Shown here piece by piece: positions 46,788 through 56,440 of a DNA stretch of 64,000 nucleotides (position 1 is the stretch's first letter; each line of letters starts with the position of its first letter). Origin of the DNA: Clostridia bacterium (lineage in GTDB: Bacteria > Bacillota > Clostridia > UMGS1840); assembly GCA_045638525.1 (NCBI GenBank), contig JAZUBQ010000008.1, positions 13,233 through 77,232 of the forward strand, read 5' to 3'. The position numbers and the translations under genes were made by a program. The notes under the pieces were generated by a model. The model ran no database searches, was not told the DNA's origin, and saw only the letters and a program-made list of their open reading frames with translations.

Positions 46788-47042
46788 ATGGTAACAGAAA
46801 CCACCTTAGCGAAAAAGATTGTGCATTACGGTGATAAAAGATATCGGCTTTGTTATCGTTTGATTGATTGTGATGTGAAGGGGTATGGCATAAAAATTGT
46901 GTGCCAGAGTTCTAATTTGACGGAACACGAATGTGTGTTTTTGGAAGGCACTAAGGCACAGATAACAGAAATCGTTCGTTTGTTTGCCAGAGAAACGGTG
47001 TTTCCGATTGCGCTTCGGGAAACATTGGAGAATTTTTTGTAA
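46788..47042 (+). CDS. Small conserved-looking hypothetical protein (84 aa; possibly DUF6514-like)
   Basis: MVTETTLAKKIVHYGDKRYRLCYRLIDCDVKGYGIKIV...VFPIALRETLENFL. It has its own promoter and a terminator. The pattern Y.Y.L...YGI.v...V.P..l resembles a Clostridia-specific small-protein family, recalled from memory only. Confidence 0.45.
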   Translation: MVTETTLAKKIVHYGDKRYRLCYRLIDCDVKGYGIKIVCQSSNLTEHECVFLEGTKAQITEIVRLFARETVFPIALRETLENFL

Positions 47043-47060
47043 CAAAAACTCAATCATAAG

Positions 47061-47096
47061 AAAAAAAGGACTGTAACCAAGGTTACAGTCCTTTTT
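47061..47096. terminator. Bidirectional rho-independent terminator (3' of ftsZ and of the small ORF)
   Basis: AAAAAAAGGACTGTAACC-AA-GGTTACAGTCCTTTTT. Confidence 0.85.
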
Positions 47097-47105
47097 GATT
47101 GTATG

Positions 47106-48230
47106 TTAGTTTAAGCCGCTAATCCAATCCGGAATATCCAGAGCTTCTTCTCTTTTTTCAGGAGCGGAAGAAGTCTGCATAAAAGAAGGAGTTTCTACTA
47201 CAGGAGTTGCAGCAGGTTTTTTTTCTTCCACTTTCGGGGTTCCGAAATGAGGAATGTTAAAGTGATCACGGAAAACTTCGTTGGAAGCAAAGCCGGTTGC
47301 GATAACAGTAACTTTGATTTCGTCTTTCATACTTTCGTCGATGACTGCGCCGAAAATAAGGTTTGCATCCGGATCTACATGTTCCTGAACCAAAGATGCC
47401 GCCTGGCTTGCTTCGATTAAGGACATATTCGGACCACCGGTAATGTTAACCAACACGCCTTTTGCACCGTCGATTGAGGTTTCAAGCAAGGGGCTGGAGA
47501 TCGCCGCTCTTGCAGCTTCTTCTGCTTTGTTTTCACCACTTGCATGACCGGAACCCATGTGTGCATAACCGGTGTTTTTCATAATGGTTTTTACGTCAGC
47601 AAAGTCACAGTTAATTAAACCGGGAACTACGATTACGTCGGAAATCCCCTGAACACCCTGACGCAAAACATCATCAGCAATGCGGAAAGAGTCTTTTAAG
47701 GTGGTGCTTTTATCAACCAGACTTAACAGTTTATCATTAGGGATAACGATTAACGCATCCACAAATTCTTTTAAATTTTCAACACCTTTTTTTGCTGCAT
47801 TGGAACGTTTCATTCCTTCAAAAGCAAAGGGTTTGGTTACAACGCCGACGGTCAGAATTCCCATTTCTTTTGCTACGGAAGCAACAACGGGAGCTGCTCC
47901 GGTACCGGTTCCGCCACCCATACCTGCAGCGATGAATACCATGTCAGCACCTTTTAATGCCTGAGCAATTTCTTCTTTGTTTTCTTCAGCGGATTTTTCG
48001 CCGATTTCGGGGTTTGCACCTGCACCCAGACCTTTAGTGATTTTTTCACCGATTCTTAATTTGGTGTGCGCTTTGGAATTATGTAACGCCTGATTGTCGG
48101 TGTTGATTGCCACAAATTCAACTTTATCCATATTGTGGTCTACCATGGTGTTTACGGCATTGTTCCCTGCGCCGCCGACTCCCACAACTTTAATTTTTGC
48201 AAAGGAGTCCAATTCGTTCTGGTATGCCAT
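47106..48230 (-). CDS. ftsZ: Cell division protein FtsZ
   Basis: [34 protein letters not shown]. The ATG at 48230 (MAYQNEL) lies 9 nt after AGGAGG; the ORF-track extension to 48293 is rejected. Confidence 0.95.
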   Translation of the reverse strand: MAYQNELDSFAKIKVVGVGGAGNNAVNTMVDHNMDKVEFVAINTDNQALHNSKAHTKLRIGEKITKGLGAGANPEIGEKSAEENKEEIAQALKGADMVFIAAGMGGGTGTGAAPVVASVAKEMGILTVGVVTKPFAFEGMKRSNAAKKGVENLKEFVDALIVIPNDKLLSLVDKSTTLKDSFRIADDVLRQGVQGISDVIVVPGLINCDFADVKTIMKNTGYAHMGSGHASGENKAEEAARAAISSPLLETSIDGAKGVLVNITGGPNMSLIEASQAASLVQEHVDPDANLIFGAVIDESMKDEIKVTVIATGFASNEVFRDHFNIPHFGTPKVEEKKPAATPVVETPSFMQTSSAPEKREEALDIPDWISGLN

Positions 48231-48312
48231 ATCAAAATACCTCCTGACAAATTCTATCTCGGATTCTGCAGTTTTTTGCAGAAATACACGCAATTATACA
48301 TTTTATTCTCTC

Positions 48313-48341
48313 ATTATAACATTAATTTTTTAAAAAAGCAA
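48313..48341 (-). promoter_or_regulatory. Sigma-A-type promoter immediately upstream of ftsZ
   Basis: Minus strand: TTGCTT (48341-48336), a 17-nt spacer, then TGtTATAAT (extended -10, ending at 48313). Confidence 0.5.
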
Positions 48342-48414
48342 GTCTATTCGAAAAAAAACTGAAAAAATTTCAAAATAACCGATGGTGCTCTGAGTTCGGA
48401 CACGCTGTTGTGTT

Positions 48415-48801
48415 TTATGATTCGGAATTTGGAGTGATTTCATCAATGGAAAGCTGTTTGTTGCGTTTATCCAACTTGTCCACATAATGTAAACGGATGA
48501 TTGCAAAATTCTGAAACAGTCTGGTTCCGAATACCACAACAACTGCCACATATAAATCCAGTCCCAATTTTTCACCCAGGAAAATAATGAATGCCGCCAA
48601 AAGGGCATTGCAGAAAAATCCGGATAAGAAAATCATCATAGAAAACCGTTTGTTTAAGTTGGCAGACATTCCTCCAAGCACCGAATCCAATGCAGCTAAA
48701 ATGGAAATAGCCACATAAACGGAATAGGAAGGATTGATATTCCAGGGAATCAAAAATGCTGCCAAACAACCAATCAAAAGACCTAAAATGGGAATCAGCA
48801 T
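48415..48801 (-). CDS. sbp: Small basic protein Sbp (DUF1290)
   Basis: 128 aa with four TM segments, starting MLIPILGLLIGCLAAFLIPW..., located between the DUF881 gene and ftsZ as in Bacillus ylxX-sbp. Confidence 0.8.
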   Translation of the reverse strand: MLIPILGLLIGCLAAFLIPWNINPSYSVYVAISILAALDSVLGGMSANLNKRFSMMIFLSGFFCNALLAAFIIFLGEKLGLDLYVAVVVVFGTRLFQNFAIIRLHYVDKLDKRNKQLSIDEITPNSES

Positions 48802-48819
48802 ACAAGATACCGCCTTTCG

Positions 48820-49548
48820 TTATTTCTTTACAGAGGTGGGGGTAGCGTATTTGAAATTAACTGCCCCTTTATATGCCGGAACAATGACGTGGTCCGACAC
48901 TTTTACGTCCACTTCGCAATACGCTGCAATATCGGCAACCACACCGCCTTTAAAAAGTAAAGCTGATTCTAATGTTTTGGAATCACCGATTGCATTGATG
49001 ATGAAGGGAGCGCCGGTTCTTACGTTGTTGATACTTAATACCGAACCGACACAGCGGACTTCTGAAATCGAGGTGAGGCGTTCTCCGTTGATGGAAATGG
49101 CTTCGGCGCCTGCATCTTTTAACTCATTGATTACCAACAATAAGTCAGAATCGTGAAGCCAATACAGACTTTCGGCTTCTCCGGGCAGAGGCGTTTTGGT
49201 TCCGTCACTCATTTTTACCACAACACCGGGACCTTCAACTTCTTTCATTCCTGCCAAAACTTCTGCGTTGTCCAGCTGTTCTTTTAAAAGCTTGGTCGTA
49301 GCGTTGGTATCGTTAATGGCATCTTTGTATTGATCCAAGTCGTTTTTGATGCGTTCATAATCCAGATACAATGCTTCGTTTTTTTCTTTTTCTTTTTGAT
49401 ACATGCTCTGGATTTCTGCGGCACGAAGTCCGCTGATGGTGCCGGCACCGTTGTTTTTTTGAACACTGCGAAATTGCATGGTGATGGCAAATCCCAAAAT
49501 CATACAAACCATACCCAGAGAAATCTGAACTTTCCATTTGTTATTCAT
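48820..49548 (-). CDS. DUF881-domain protein (YlxW/YlxX-like division-associated)
   Basis: An N-terminal TM (VQISLGMVCMILGFAITMQF), a coiled-coil region and a C-terminal DUF881 core (GPGVVVKMSD...HDSDLLLVINELKDAGAEAISING). The start is either the ATG at 49548 or the TTG/ATG at 49578/49575. Confidence 0.75.
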   Translation of the reverse strand: MNNKWKVQISLGMVCMILGFAITMQFRSVQKNNGAGTISGLRAAEIQSMYQKEKEKNEALYLDYERIKNDLDQYKDAINDTNATTKLLKEQLDNAEVLAGMKEVEGPGVVVKMSDGTKTPLPGEAESLYWLHDSDLLLVINELKDAGAEAISINGERLTSISEVRCVGSVLSINNVRTGAPFIINAIGDSKTLESALLFKGGVVADIAAYCEVDVKVSDHVIVPAYKGAVNFKYATPTSVKK

Positions 49549-50326
49549 CTTCTTTAAACACCGCCTTATATTCATCAATAAATTCTACTGTTCCTGTTTT
49601 TCCGGCCGGAAGCTGATGGATGACTTCCTTGATAAATCGGATTTTATAGGAGGAATTTGTTCCCGCACCGATATCACAGCGAATCCCGTTCTGGAAGTGA
49701 AGGAAAATTTCACTGTCTTCCAGTGACAGCTTGGCCACCATATCAATCATATTGTTTTCCGAGAGTTCTTTGGCAATCAAGAGTAACTGTTCAAAGGAGC
49801 TTGTCTGTCGGGTATCAATAATTTTACCCACTTCAAATTGTTCCACAAATACGCCTTCAATAATCGGAACGCCGTATTTTCCGCTTTCGCTTGTGGTATC
49901 TAAAATTTTTCCGGTTTCATCAATTACAATGTACAACGACTCACCGCAGAGTACCTGTGACATAGGTTGACATTCTGACACAACGATGGAGACTCTGTTT
50001 GGATATTCCCGTATGATTTTGACATCTTTCACAAAGGAGAGTTCAGCAATTTCATCTTTCACCATTTGTTTGCTGAAGGTAAAGATGTTTTTTCCCACCT
50101 TTAAATTGGTGGCGTCAATCACTTTGGCAGACGTGAGTTGCTGTATTCCCGTTACATTGATTTCCTGGATATCAAAAGCAGGCGTTAAAAGACCGATAGC
50201 AACAATCAATGCAATTAAAAACACATTGACAAGCACCACGGTTTTCAACACCTTATTCGGTTTTCGTTTTGTTTTTTTAGAACGCGGTTGGGCAAGGGAA
50301 TTGCCCAACCCCATTGCATTTTTCAT
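49541..50326 (-). CDS. ftsQ: Cell division protein FtsQ/DivIB (POTRA + FtsQ domain)
   Basis: A basic N-terminus, a single TM (VVLVNVFLIALIVAIGLL) and POTRA (IQEINVTGIQQLTSAKVIDATNLKVGKNIF). RBS AAGAGG. Confidence 0.75.
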   Translation of the reverse strand: MKNAMGLGNSLAQPRSKKTKRKPNKVLKTVVLVNVFLIALIVAIGLLTPAFDIQEINVTGIQQLTSAKVIDATNLKVGKNIFTFSKQMVKDEIAELSFVKDVKIIREYPNRVSIVVSECQPMSQVLCGESLYIVIDETGKILDTTSESGKYGVPIIEGVFVEQFEVGKIIDTRQTSSFEQLLLIAKELSENNMIDMVAKLSLEDSEIFLHFQNGIRCDIGAGTNSSYKIRFIKEVIHQLPAGKTGTVEFIDEYKAVFKEDE

Positions 50327-50404
50327 TTACAAACCTCTTTTGATGGGAATTTAGATTCTTTGGAACAAGAATCCGTTTTATATATGATATATCGTAATAC
50401 AGTT

Positions 50405-51736
50405 TTATGTTTGTTGTGTTAAAAACTGATAGTTTGTTTCGTTTGATAAGAGTTGACGTGCTGAAAATGTGTTTGGTTCCGTATCGGACAAAATTTTTGC
50501 ACGTGCGCCTACAGACTGCAATTTTCCAATGAGATTTTCATAACCACGGCAGATGTGGTGAACATCGTGAATACAGGTGGTTCCTTCGGCAGACAAAGCG
50601 GCAATCACCAAAGCGGCACCGGCACGAAGATCTTTTGCGTGTACGGTGGCTCCAAAAAGATGGTTGACGCCTTTGACAACAGCGGTGTTATTGGAAACAC
50701 AAATGTCAGCTCCCATTTTGATGAATTCACCGACGTGATTGTATCGGTTTTCAAAAATATTTTCCACAATCATACTGGTGCCGTTCGCTTTTAGTAATGC
50801 AGCCATCAGAATTGCCTGCGCATCGGTGGGGAATCCCGGATGAGGCATTGTGGCAATCAGATTCACCGGCTTGAGTCGCTTGGGCGGAATTACCGTGAGC
50901 GTATTGGGAGACCGGGGAATCACATAAACGCCCATTTTTTCTAACGTGGAAGTGATTTTATCCAAATCTCTTAATGGAGCGTTGGTCAGAGTGAGTACAC
51001 TTCCCGTAGCGGCGGCTGTAAACATATAGGTTGCAGCTTCGATGCGGTCAGAACAGACGGTGTATTCGCAGTCTCGGAAGGTTTTTTGAGGCACGATTCG
51101 GATGGTATCGGTACCTGCGCCCGAAATGTTGGCACCTGCGGCATTTAAAAAGTTTTGCAGTTCCACAATTTCAGGTTCTTTGGCCGGGTTTTTCACCGTT
51201 ACCGGAGAGTCGGCAATGAGAGCTGCAATCATAACATTTTCTGTGGCGCCCACACTGGGAAAGGACAGTCGATATTCTCCGCCTTTTACATCGGGAGCAT
51301 TACAGAAAATGTGTTCTTCATCTTCCTGAATTTGAACTCCCATCCGGGACAATACCGACAAGTGAATATCAATGGGTCGTTTGCCCAGTTCACAGCCTCC
51401 CGGGTAAGAAATTCCGGCAGAACCGAACCGATTGATGAAAGCGCCCAGAAAAATTATGGAGGAGCGAAGCTTTCGCATCAGTTCCGGTGGGACTTGCGAA
51501 GTTCCGGCACAGGTAGAATCTACCGTCAGAGTATCATGTTCGCGCTCTACACAACAGCCCAGATAGGTTAAGATATCGATGGTGCATCGCACGTCAGAAA
51601 TATCGGGACAATTATGTAAAATTGTTTTTTTTCCTGTAATAATTGTTGCGGCAAGAATGGGAAGCACCGCATTTTTGGAACCGGAAACAGCAAGATTGCC
51701 GGAAAGCCGATTCCCGCCTTCAATCAGGTATTTCAT
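50405..51736 (-). CDS. murA: UDP-N-acetylglucosamine 1-carboxyvinyltransferase
   Basis: VSGSKNAVLPILAA, the active-site loop YPGGCELGKRPID (Cys present) and FPTDAQA. It has a ~25-aa non-conserved C-terminal extension. Confidence 0.95.
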   Translation of the reverse strand: MKYLIEGGNRLSGNLAVSGSKNAVLPILAATIITGKKTILHNCPDISDVRCTIDILTYLGCCVEREHDTLTVDSTCAGTSQVPPELMRKLRSSIIFLGAFINRFGSAGISYPGGCELGKRPIDIHLSVLSRMGVQIQEDEEHIFCNAPDVKGGEYRLSFPSVGATENVMIAALIADSPVTVKNPAKEPEIVELQNFLNAAGANISGAGTDTIRIVPQKTFRDCEYTVCSDRIEAATYMFTAAATGSVLTLTNAPLRDLDKITSTLEKMGVYVIPRSPNTLTVIPPKRLKPVNLIATMPHPGFPTDAQAILMAALLKANGTSMIVENIFENRYNHVGEFIKMGADICVSNNTAVVKGVNHLFGATVHAKDLRAGAALVIAALSAEGTTCIHDVHHICRGYENLIGKLQSVGARAKILSDTEPNTFSARQLLSNETNYQFLTQQT

Positions 51737-51790
51737 AGTTTTTTACACCTTCCTTTTACATTCCCATTATATGAAAGGTGTAGGCTTTTG

Positions 51791-52888
51791 TTACTGCGGT
51801 AAGACGATTTGTTGCACTAAGGCGGCAATTCGTTGGTCGGCATCGGTGATGGAAAGTTTTTTTAATTGTTCTTTCATCTGATTCAGCGTTTCTTCCTTTG
51901 AAAGAAGCTCTTTCGCCGTTTGATACAGCATATCGGAAGAAAGCTCTGTTTCCGAAATTTTAACAGCTCCGCCGCAGTTGACCATTGCTTGTGCATTTTT
52001 CTCCTGATGATTTGCAGTTACATTGGGAGAGGGAATCAGAATTGACGGTTTTAAAATAGCACAAAGTTCTGAAATGGTCATAGCTCCTGCACGGGTGATG
52101 GCAACATCGCAAGCCGCAAGGGCAGTAGGCATATCGTCAATATATTTTTGCACTCTGATGAGGTTGTTGTCAGTAATTTTTGACTGATTTTCACGGCAAA
52201 AGCTTTCATAATAGCGGCTTCCGGTTCCAATCAGTAACGTGATGCCGTCTTTTTGAGCCTGAGAAATCATGCCTGATACCGCTTCGTTTAGCTTTTGTGC
52301 GCCCAAACTGCCTCCAAAACAAAGTACCACTTTGCTGTTTTGGGGGATTCCAAGTTTCTGACGGGCAAGCGTTTGGTCGGTCAGTAAAAATTCGCTACGA
52401 ATGGGATTTCCTGTCAAAACAGCACGTTCCGGATGTTTGAGATAAGAAACGGCTTCCGAAAAAGCAACTGCATAGTATTTTGCCCAACGGCTCAGGAGTT
52501 TTGTGGTTAAGCCGGGGTAAGCATTTTGTTCGTGAATGAGAAACGGAATGTTTTGCTGTTTTAAAGCAAACATACTCATAGCGCTGATATATCCACCGGT
52601 AGACACACCCACATCAGGTTGAAATTCTTTGACAACTTTTTGAATTTGCTGATAGGCATGATAATCGGTGGCTAAGATGTTGAAATTTTTGAAAAGATTT
52701 TTTCGGTCAAGACCTTTGGAAGCAAACTGGTAAAACCGGCAACCGGTTTGTTTGTATAATTTTTCTTCCAGGCTTCCGTTGGAACCGATATATACAACTT
52801 CGGCACCCAGCTGTTTCAGCTTGGTACCGATGGCGATGGCAGGATTAATGTGCCCGGCAGTTCCGCCGCCGGAAATTAAAACTCTCAT
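51791..52888 (-). CDS. murG: Undecaprenyldiphospho-muramoylpentapeptide beta-N-acetylglucosaminyltransferase
   Basis: ISGGGTAGHINPAIAI, FGGSLGA and ITRAGAMTISE. RBS AGGAGG. Confidence 0.9.
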   Translation of the reverse strand: MRVLISGGGTAGHINPAIAIGTKLKQLGAEVVYIGSNGSLEEKLYKQTGCRFYQFASKGLDRKNLFKNFNILATDYHAYQQIQKVVKEFQPDVGVSTGGYISAMSMFALKQQNIPFLIHEQNAYPGLTTKLLSRWAKYYAVAFSEAVSYLKHPERAVLTGNPIRSEFLLTDQTLARQKLGIPQNSKVVLCFGGSLGAQKLNEAVSGMISQAQKDGITLLIGTGSRYYESFCRENQSKITDNNLIRVQKYIDDMPTALAACDVAITRAGAMTISELCAILKPSILIPSPNVTANHQEKNAQAMVNCGGAVKISETELSSDMLYQTAKELLSKEETLNQMKEQLKKLSITDADQRIAALVQQIVLPQ

Positions 52889-52913
52889 AAATGCCTCCTA
52901 AATCAAATTCGGC

Positions 52914-54047
52914 TTATATGTGGGGAACGTCCTCCACCTTTTGTTGTCCGGAAATGTTTAAAATCATTCCCATGGATATCATCTGGAATACAAACGAAGT
53001 TCCGCCTGCTGAAAAGAAGGGGAGGGGGATTCCTGTCGGCGGTACCGATGAGGTGGCAACACCAATGTTTAACAATACCTGAACAATGGTCAGTGAAATC
53101 AAACCAAAGGTGAGAATCATAGAATAACGGTCGGGAGCTTTTAATGCAATCCGAATAGCACGGTATAACAAAATGGCAAACAGAATCAAAACTGCCATTG
53201 CTCCCAAAAAGCCAAGTTCTTCACAAATGATGGAGAAAATAAAGTCGTTTTGCGGTTCGGGGATATATAAGAATTTTTGTCGGCTTCTTCCCAGTCCCAA
53301 ACCGGAGAAACCGCCGCTTCCGATGGCATACAGAGATTGTACCACCTGCCAGCCGTCACCCATTTTGTCTTTGAAAGGATCCACAAAGGAAACCAGACGT
53401 TGCATACGATAGGGTTCAATGATGGCAAACACGGTTCCTGCAGCTACAGCCAAAGCTGCCAACACAGAGAAAATCCGCATCGGGATTCCTGCGGCAACCA
53501 TCATAATACCAACGGTTAACACAATAATTAACACAGCGGAGAAATGGGGTTGACACAAAAGGAACAATCCGGCAAGACCTACGATTGCAGCAGAAACAAT
53601 TAAGTGGGGAAGAGATTCTTTTACGTCGATTTTGTTGACTTTTGAAAGCACCCAGGCACACATCATCACCACAGTGATTTTTGCAAATTCCGAAGGTTGA
53701 ATGGTGGAAAAACCAAGGTTGAGCCAACGTTTTGCACCGTTGATGGTCGTACCGAACAGTAAAACTGCCACAAGCATCAGCATAGCGATGATATACAGCC
53801 AGATGGCAAATCTTTTAATGATTCGGTAATCAATGCCTGAAACGATGAACATTACCACAATGCCCACAACGGCCCAAAGGGATTGGTTTTTAAAAAAGAA
53901 CATACTGTCCTTGTGAATATAAAAAGCACTGGGCGCCGATGCGGAGAAAACCATAACCAGCCCGTATGCTGTCAGTGCCAGTAACGTCATTAAAAATATG
54001 GGGTCGATATTACGCCAGTTAAAGCGGAGTTTCAGTTTTGGTTTCAT
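52914..54047 (-). CDS. ftsW: SEDS-family peptidoglycan polymerase FtsW/SpoVE
   Basis: About 10 TM segments; QPSEFAKI, YIPEPQNDFIFS and GIPLPFFSAGGTS. The ATG at 54047 follows GGAGA; 54062 is an alternative start. Confidence 0.9.
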   Translation of the reverse strand: MKPKLKLRFNWRNIDPIFLMTLLALTAYGLVMVFSASAPSAFYIHKDSMFFFKNQSLWAVVGIVVMFIVSGIDYRIIKRFAIWLYIIAMLMLVAVLLFGTTINGAKRWLNLGFSTIQPSEFAKITVVMMCAWVLSKVNKIDVKESLPHLIVSAAIVGLAGLFLLCQPHFSAVLIIVLTVGIMMVAAGIPMRIFSVLAALAVAAGTVFAIIEPYRMQRLVSFVDPFKDKMGDGWQVVQSLYAIGSGGFSGLGLGRSRQKFLYIPEPQNDFIFSIICEELGFLGAMAVLILFAILLYRAIRIALKAPDRYSMILTFGLISLTIVQVLLNIGVATSSVPPTGIPLPFFSAGGTSFVFQMISMGMILNISGQQKVEDVPHI

Positions 54048-54116
54048 AGATATTCTCCACATAAGCTGTGCTCGAAACTCGAGTGGAAGCTTTCCTTTCT
54101 GTAGGATAAGGGTGTG

Positions 54117-55079
54117 TTACACCAAAGATAAAAAAGCGATGACCGCACCAACTAAGGTAACGGCAGAAAACAGCAGAACAATTCGGTTTTCTGAATAACC
54201 GGAAAGTTCAAAATGATGATGAATGGGAGTCATTTTGAAAATACGTTTTCCTTTGGTCAGCTTAAAGTAACTAACCTGAAGCATCACGGAAAAGGCTTCA
54301 ATCAGATAAATGATGCCAACAATCAAAAGCATCAAAGGCATATCGTTTAAAATGGCAAGACCGGCAACCGCACCGCCTAAAAACAGAGAACCGGTGTCAC
54401 CCATAAATACTTTTGCAGGATGCAGATTATAAATTAAAAATCCGCACAATGCACCGCATAAACCTGCGGCAAAGGAGGTCATTCCCGAAGATAAGGCTAC
54501 CATAGATGCCAAAGTGAAAAACAAGCTTACCACAAAGGTAACCGAGCCTGCCAAGCCATCAATACCATCGGTCAGATTGACAGCGTTGATAAAGCCAATC
54601 ATCATAAAGACCAGCAAAATGCTGATGTAATAGGATAAGTCAAGATAAATTTCGGTAAAGGGAATCCAAAGGGTGGTTTTTATCACGCCAAGTTCAATTC
54701 CTGCCACCGAAAAAGCAGTGCTGACAAACAACATCAGAATTACTTTCCACATTGCACTCAGCCCCAGGTTTCTTTTTTTCACCACTTTAATGTAATCGTC
54801 CAAGAAGCCGATCAGACCGCAGGACAGTGCAAACAAAGCGGCAAATAATCCTTTCATATCACGCACGAATAGGAGACTGACCACGGTTACGCCCAAAATA
54901 AAAATAATTCCGCCCATTGTGGGGGTTCCGGATTTTGATTTGTGCCAGTTAGGTCCGATTTCTAAGATTTGTTGTCCGAATTTTAATTTTCTGAGCACCG
55001 GAATTAAAAGAGGGCCGGAAATTGCACTCACGATAAATCCGACGATGGCACATAATGCCGCTTGCATTGGGATTCCCAT
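54117..55079 (-). CDS. mraY: Phospho-N-acetylmuramoyl-pentapeptide transferase
   Basis: KSGTPTMGG, FLDDYIKV, NAVNLTDGIDGLA, MGDTGSLFLGG and PIHHHFEL. The ATG at 55079 follows AAGGAG; the GTG at 55088 abuts the RBS. Confidence 0.95.
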   Translation of the reverse strand: MGIPMQAALCAIVGFIVSAISGPLLIPVLRKLKFGQQILEIGPNWHKSKSGTPTMGGIIFILGVTVVSLLFVRDMKGLFAALFALSCGLIGFLDDYIKVVKKRNLGLSAMWKVILMLFVSTAFSVAGIELGVIKTTLWIPFTEIYLDLSYYISILLVFMMIGFINAVNLTDGIDGLAGSVTFVVSLFFTLASMVALSSGMTSFAAGLCGALCGFLIYNLHPAKVFMGDTGSLFLGGAVAGLAILNDMPLMLLIVGIIYLIEAFSVMLQVSYFKLTKGKRIFKMTPIHHHFELSGYSENRIVLLFSAVTLVGAVIAFLSLV

Positions 55080-55084
55080 AGGTA

Positions 55085-56440
55085 TCACTCCTTGTTCTTT
55101 GGTAGAAATTGCTTTAATTGTTCATACAGTTCTTCAAAACGGTATGCTCGGGAGGCTTTGAATAGCACAACATCTCCCGATGTCCATAATGTGTGTGTTG
55201 CTGCTATAAAATCTTCACGGTCAGGGCAAAAAATAATCTGTTTGGGGTTCATTCCTGCTTTGATGGCTCCCTCTTGAATCCATTGGGATGCTTCTTCCAC
55301 GCAAACAAGTTGGTCGATTTGATTTTGGTAGACTGCTTCTCCCACTTTTTGTAAAATGGAAGATTGAAATTCTCCCAGTTCTCCAATGGGACCCAAAACA
55401 GCAATTTTTCTGTTTCCTTTTGTTTGGCTGAGTAAGCGCAGAGCAGCTTTGTCGGAATCGACAGAAGCGTTATAACAATCTAAAATTACTCGGATTTCTC
55501 CAAGATTTTCGGTTTTTTGACGTAAGCCGACAGATTGGAATTCGGATAAACCTGCCTGAATTTGATGAGAAGATGCTCCAAGCAGTTTTCCAAGCAACAC
55601 TGCGGCACTTGCATTTTGAATGTTGTGGATTCCGGCAATGGGGAGTTCATAGGAAGCTCCATCCATCTGAAAAGACCCTTCTTCCGAAATCACGCTGTAG
55701 GGATAATCGGCGTTTGATTCACCAAAGTAATACACTTTTTTGTCAGTACAAACCGTGGAAAGCAAATCGTTGTCTCCGTTTAAGAGCAGGATACCTTCAT
55801 CACGCATTCCGTCTGTCAGTTCCATTTTAGCTTTTAAAATATTTTCGCGGCTTCCCAGATATTCAATGTGGGAAGTTCCGATCATGGTGATAATGCCGAT
55901 GTGCGGTTTTGCAATGTTGGAAAGGTAGGAGATTTCCCCCGGGTGGTTCATTCCCATTTCCAACACAAGATATTCTTCGTCACCTTCTGCTTTTAAGATG
56001 GTGAGCGGAAGTCCGATGTGATTGTTGAAGTTGCCTGAGGTAGCCAGGGTTTTACCCAGTTGGGATACAACGGATGCCACAAACTGACGGGTGGTGGTTT
56101 TCCCCACACTTCCGGTGATACCGATTACGGTTGCATTCAGATGTTTGCACACGTAGGAAGCAAGTTGCCCCAGTGCCTGTGTGGTATCTTCTACCAAAAT
56201 CGCAAATTTTGCAGTTTCAGGAACAGCTTCGGTTTGTGTCAAAAATCCTTTTGCACCGTTTTCGATTGCGTTTTGCAGATATTGATGTCCGTCGTGTACT
56301 TCACCCACCAAAGGGATGAATAATTCTGTGGTCATCGTCTGACGGCTGTCTGTGCATACAAAGCGAAAGGTGTCTTCCTTTGTTCCATACAGCAGAGTTC
56401 CGTCTACTGCTTCCAATAATTGGCCAACTGTTAATTGCAT
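55085..56440 (-). CDS. murF: UDP-N-acetylmuramoyl-tripeptide--D-alanyl-D-alanine ligase
   Basis: GITGSVGKTTT P-loop, Mur ligase middle and C-terminal domains (DCYNAS). It overlaps the murE stop. Confidence 0.9.
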   Translation of the reverse strand: MQLTVGQLLEAVDGTLLYGTKEDTFRFVCTDSRQTMTTELFIPLVGEVHDGHQYLQNAIENGAKGFLTQTEAVPETAKFAILVEDTTQALGQLASYVCKHLNATVIGITGSVGKTTTRQFVASVVSQLGKTLATSGNFNNHIGLPLTILKAEGDEEYLVLEMGMNHPGEISYLSNIAKPHIGIITMIGTSHIEYLGSRENILKAKMELTDGMRDEGILLLNGDNDLLSTVCTDKKVYYFGESNADYPYSVISEEGSFQMDGASYELPIAGIHNIQNASAAVLLGKLLGASSHQIQAGLSEFQSVGLRQKTENLGEIRVILDCYNASVDSDKAALRLLSQTKGNRKIAVLGPIGELGEFQSSILQKVGEAVYQNQIDQLVCVEEASQWIQEGAIKAGMNPKQIIFCPDREDFIAATHTLWTSGDVVLFKASRAYRFEELYEQLKQFLPKNKE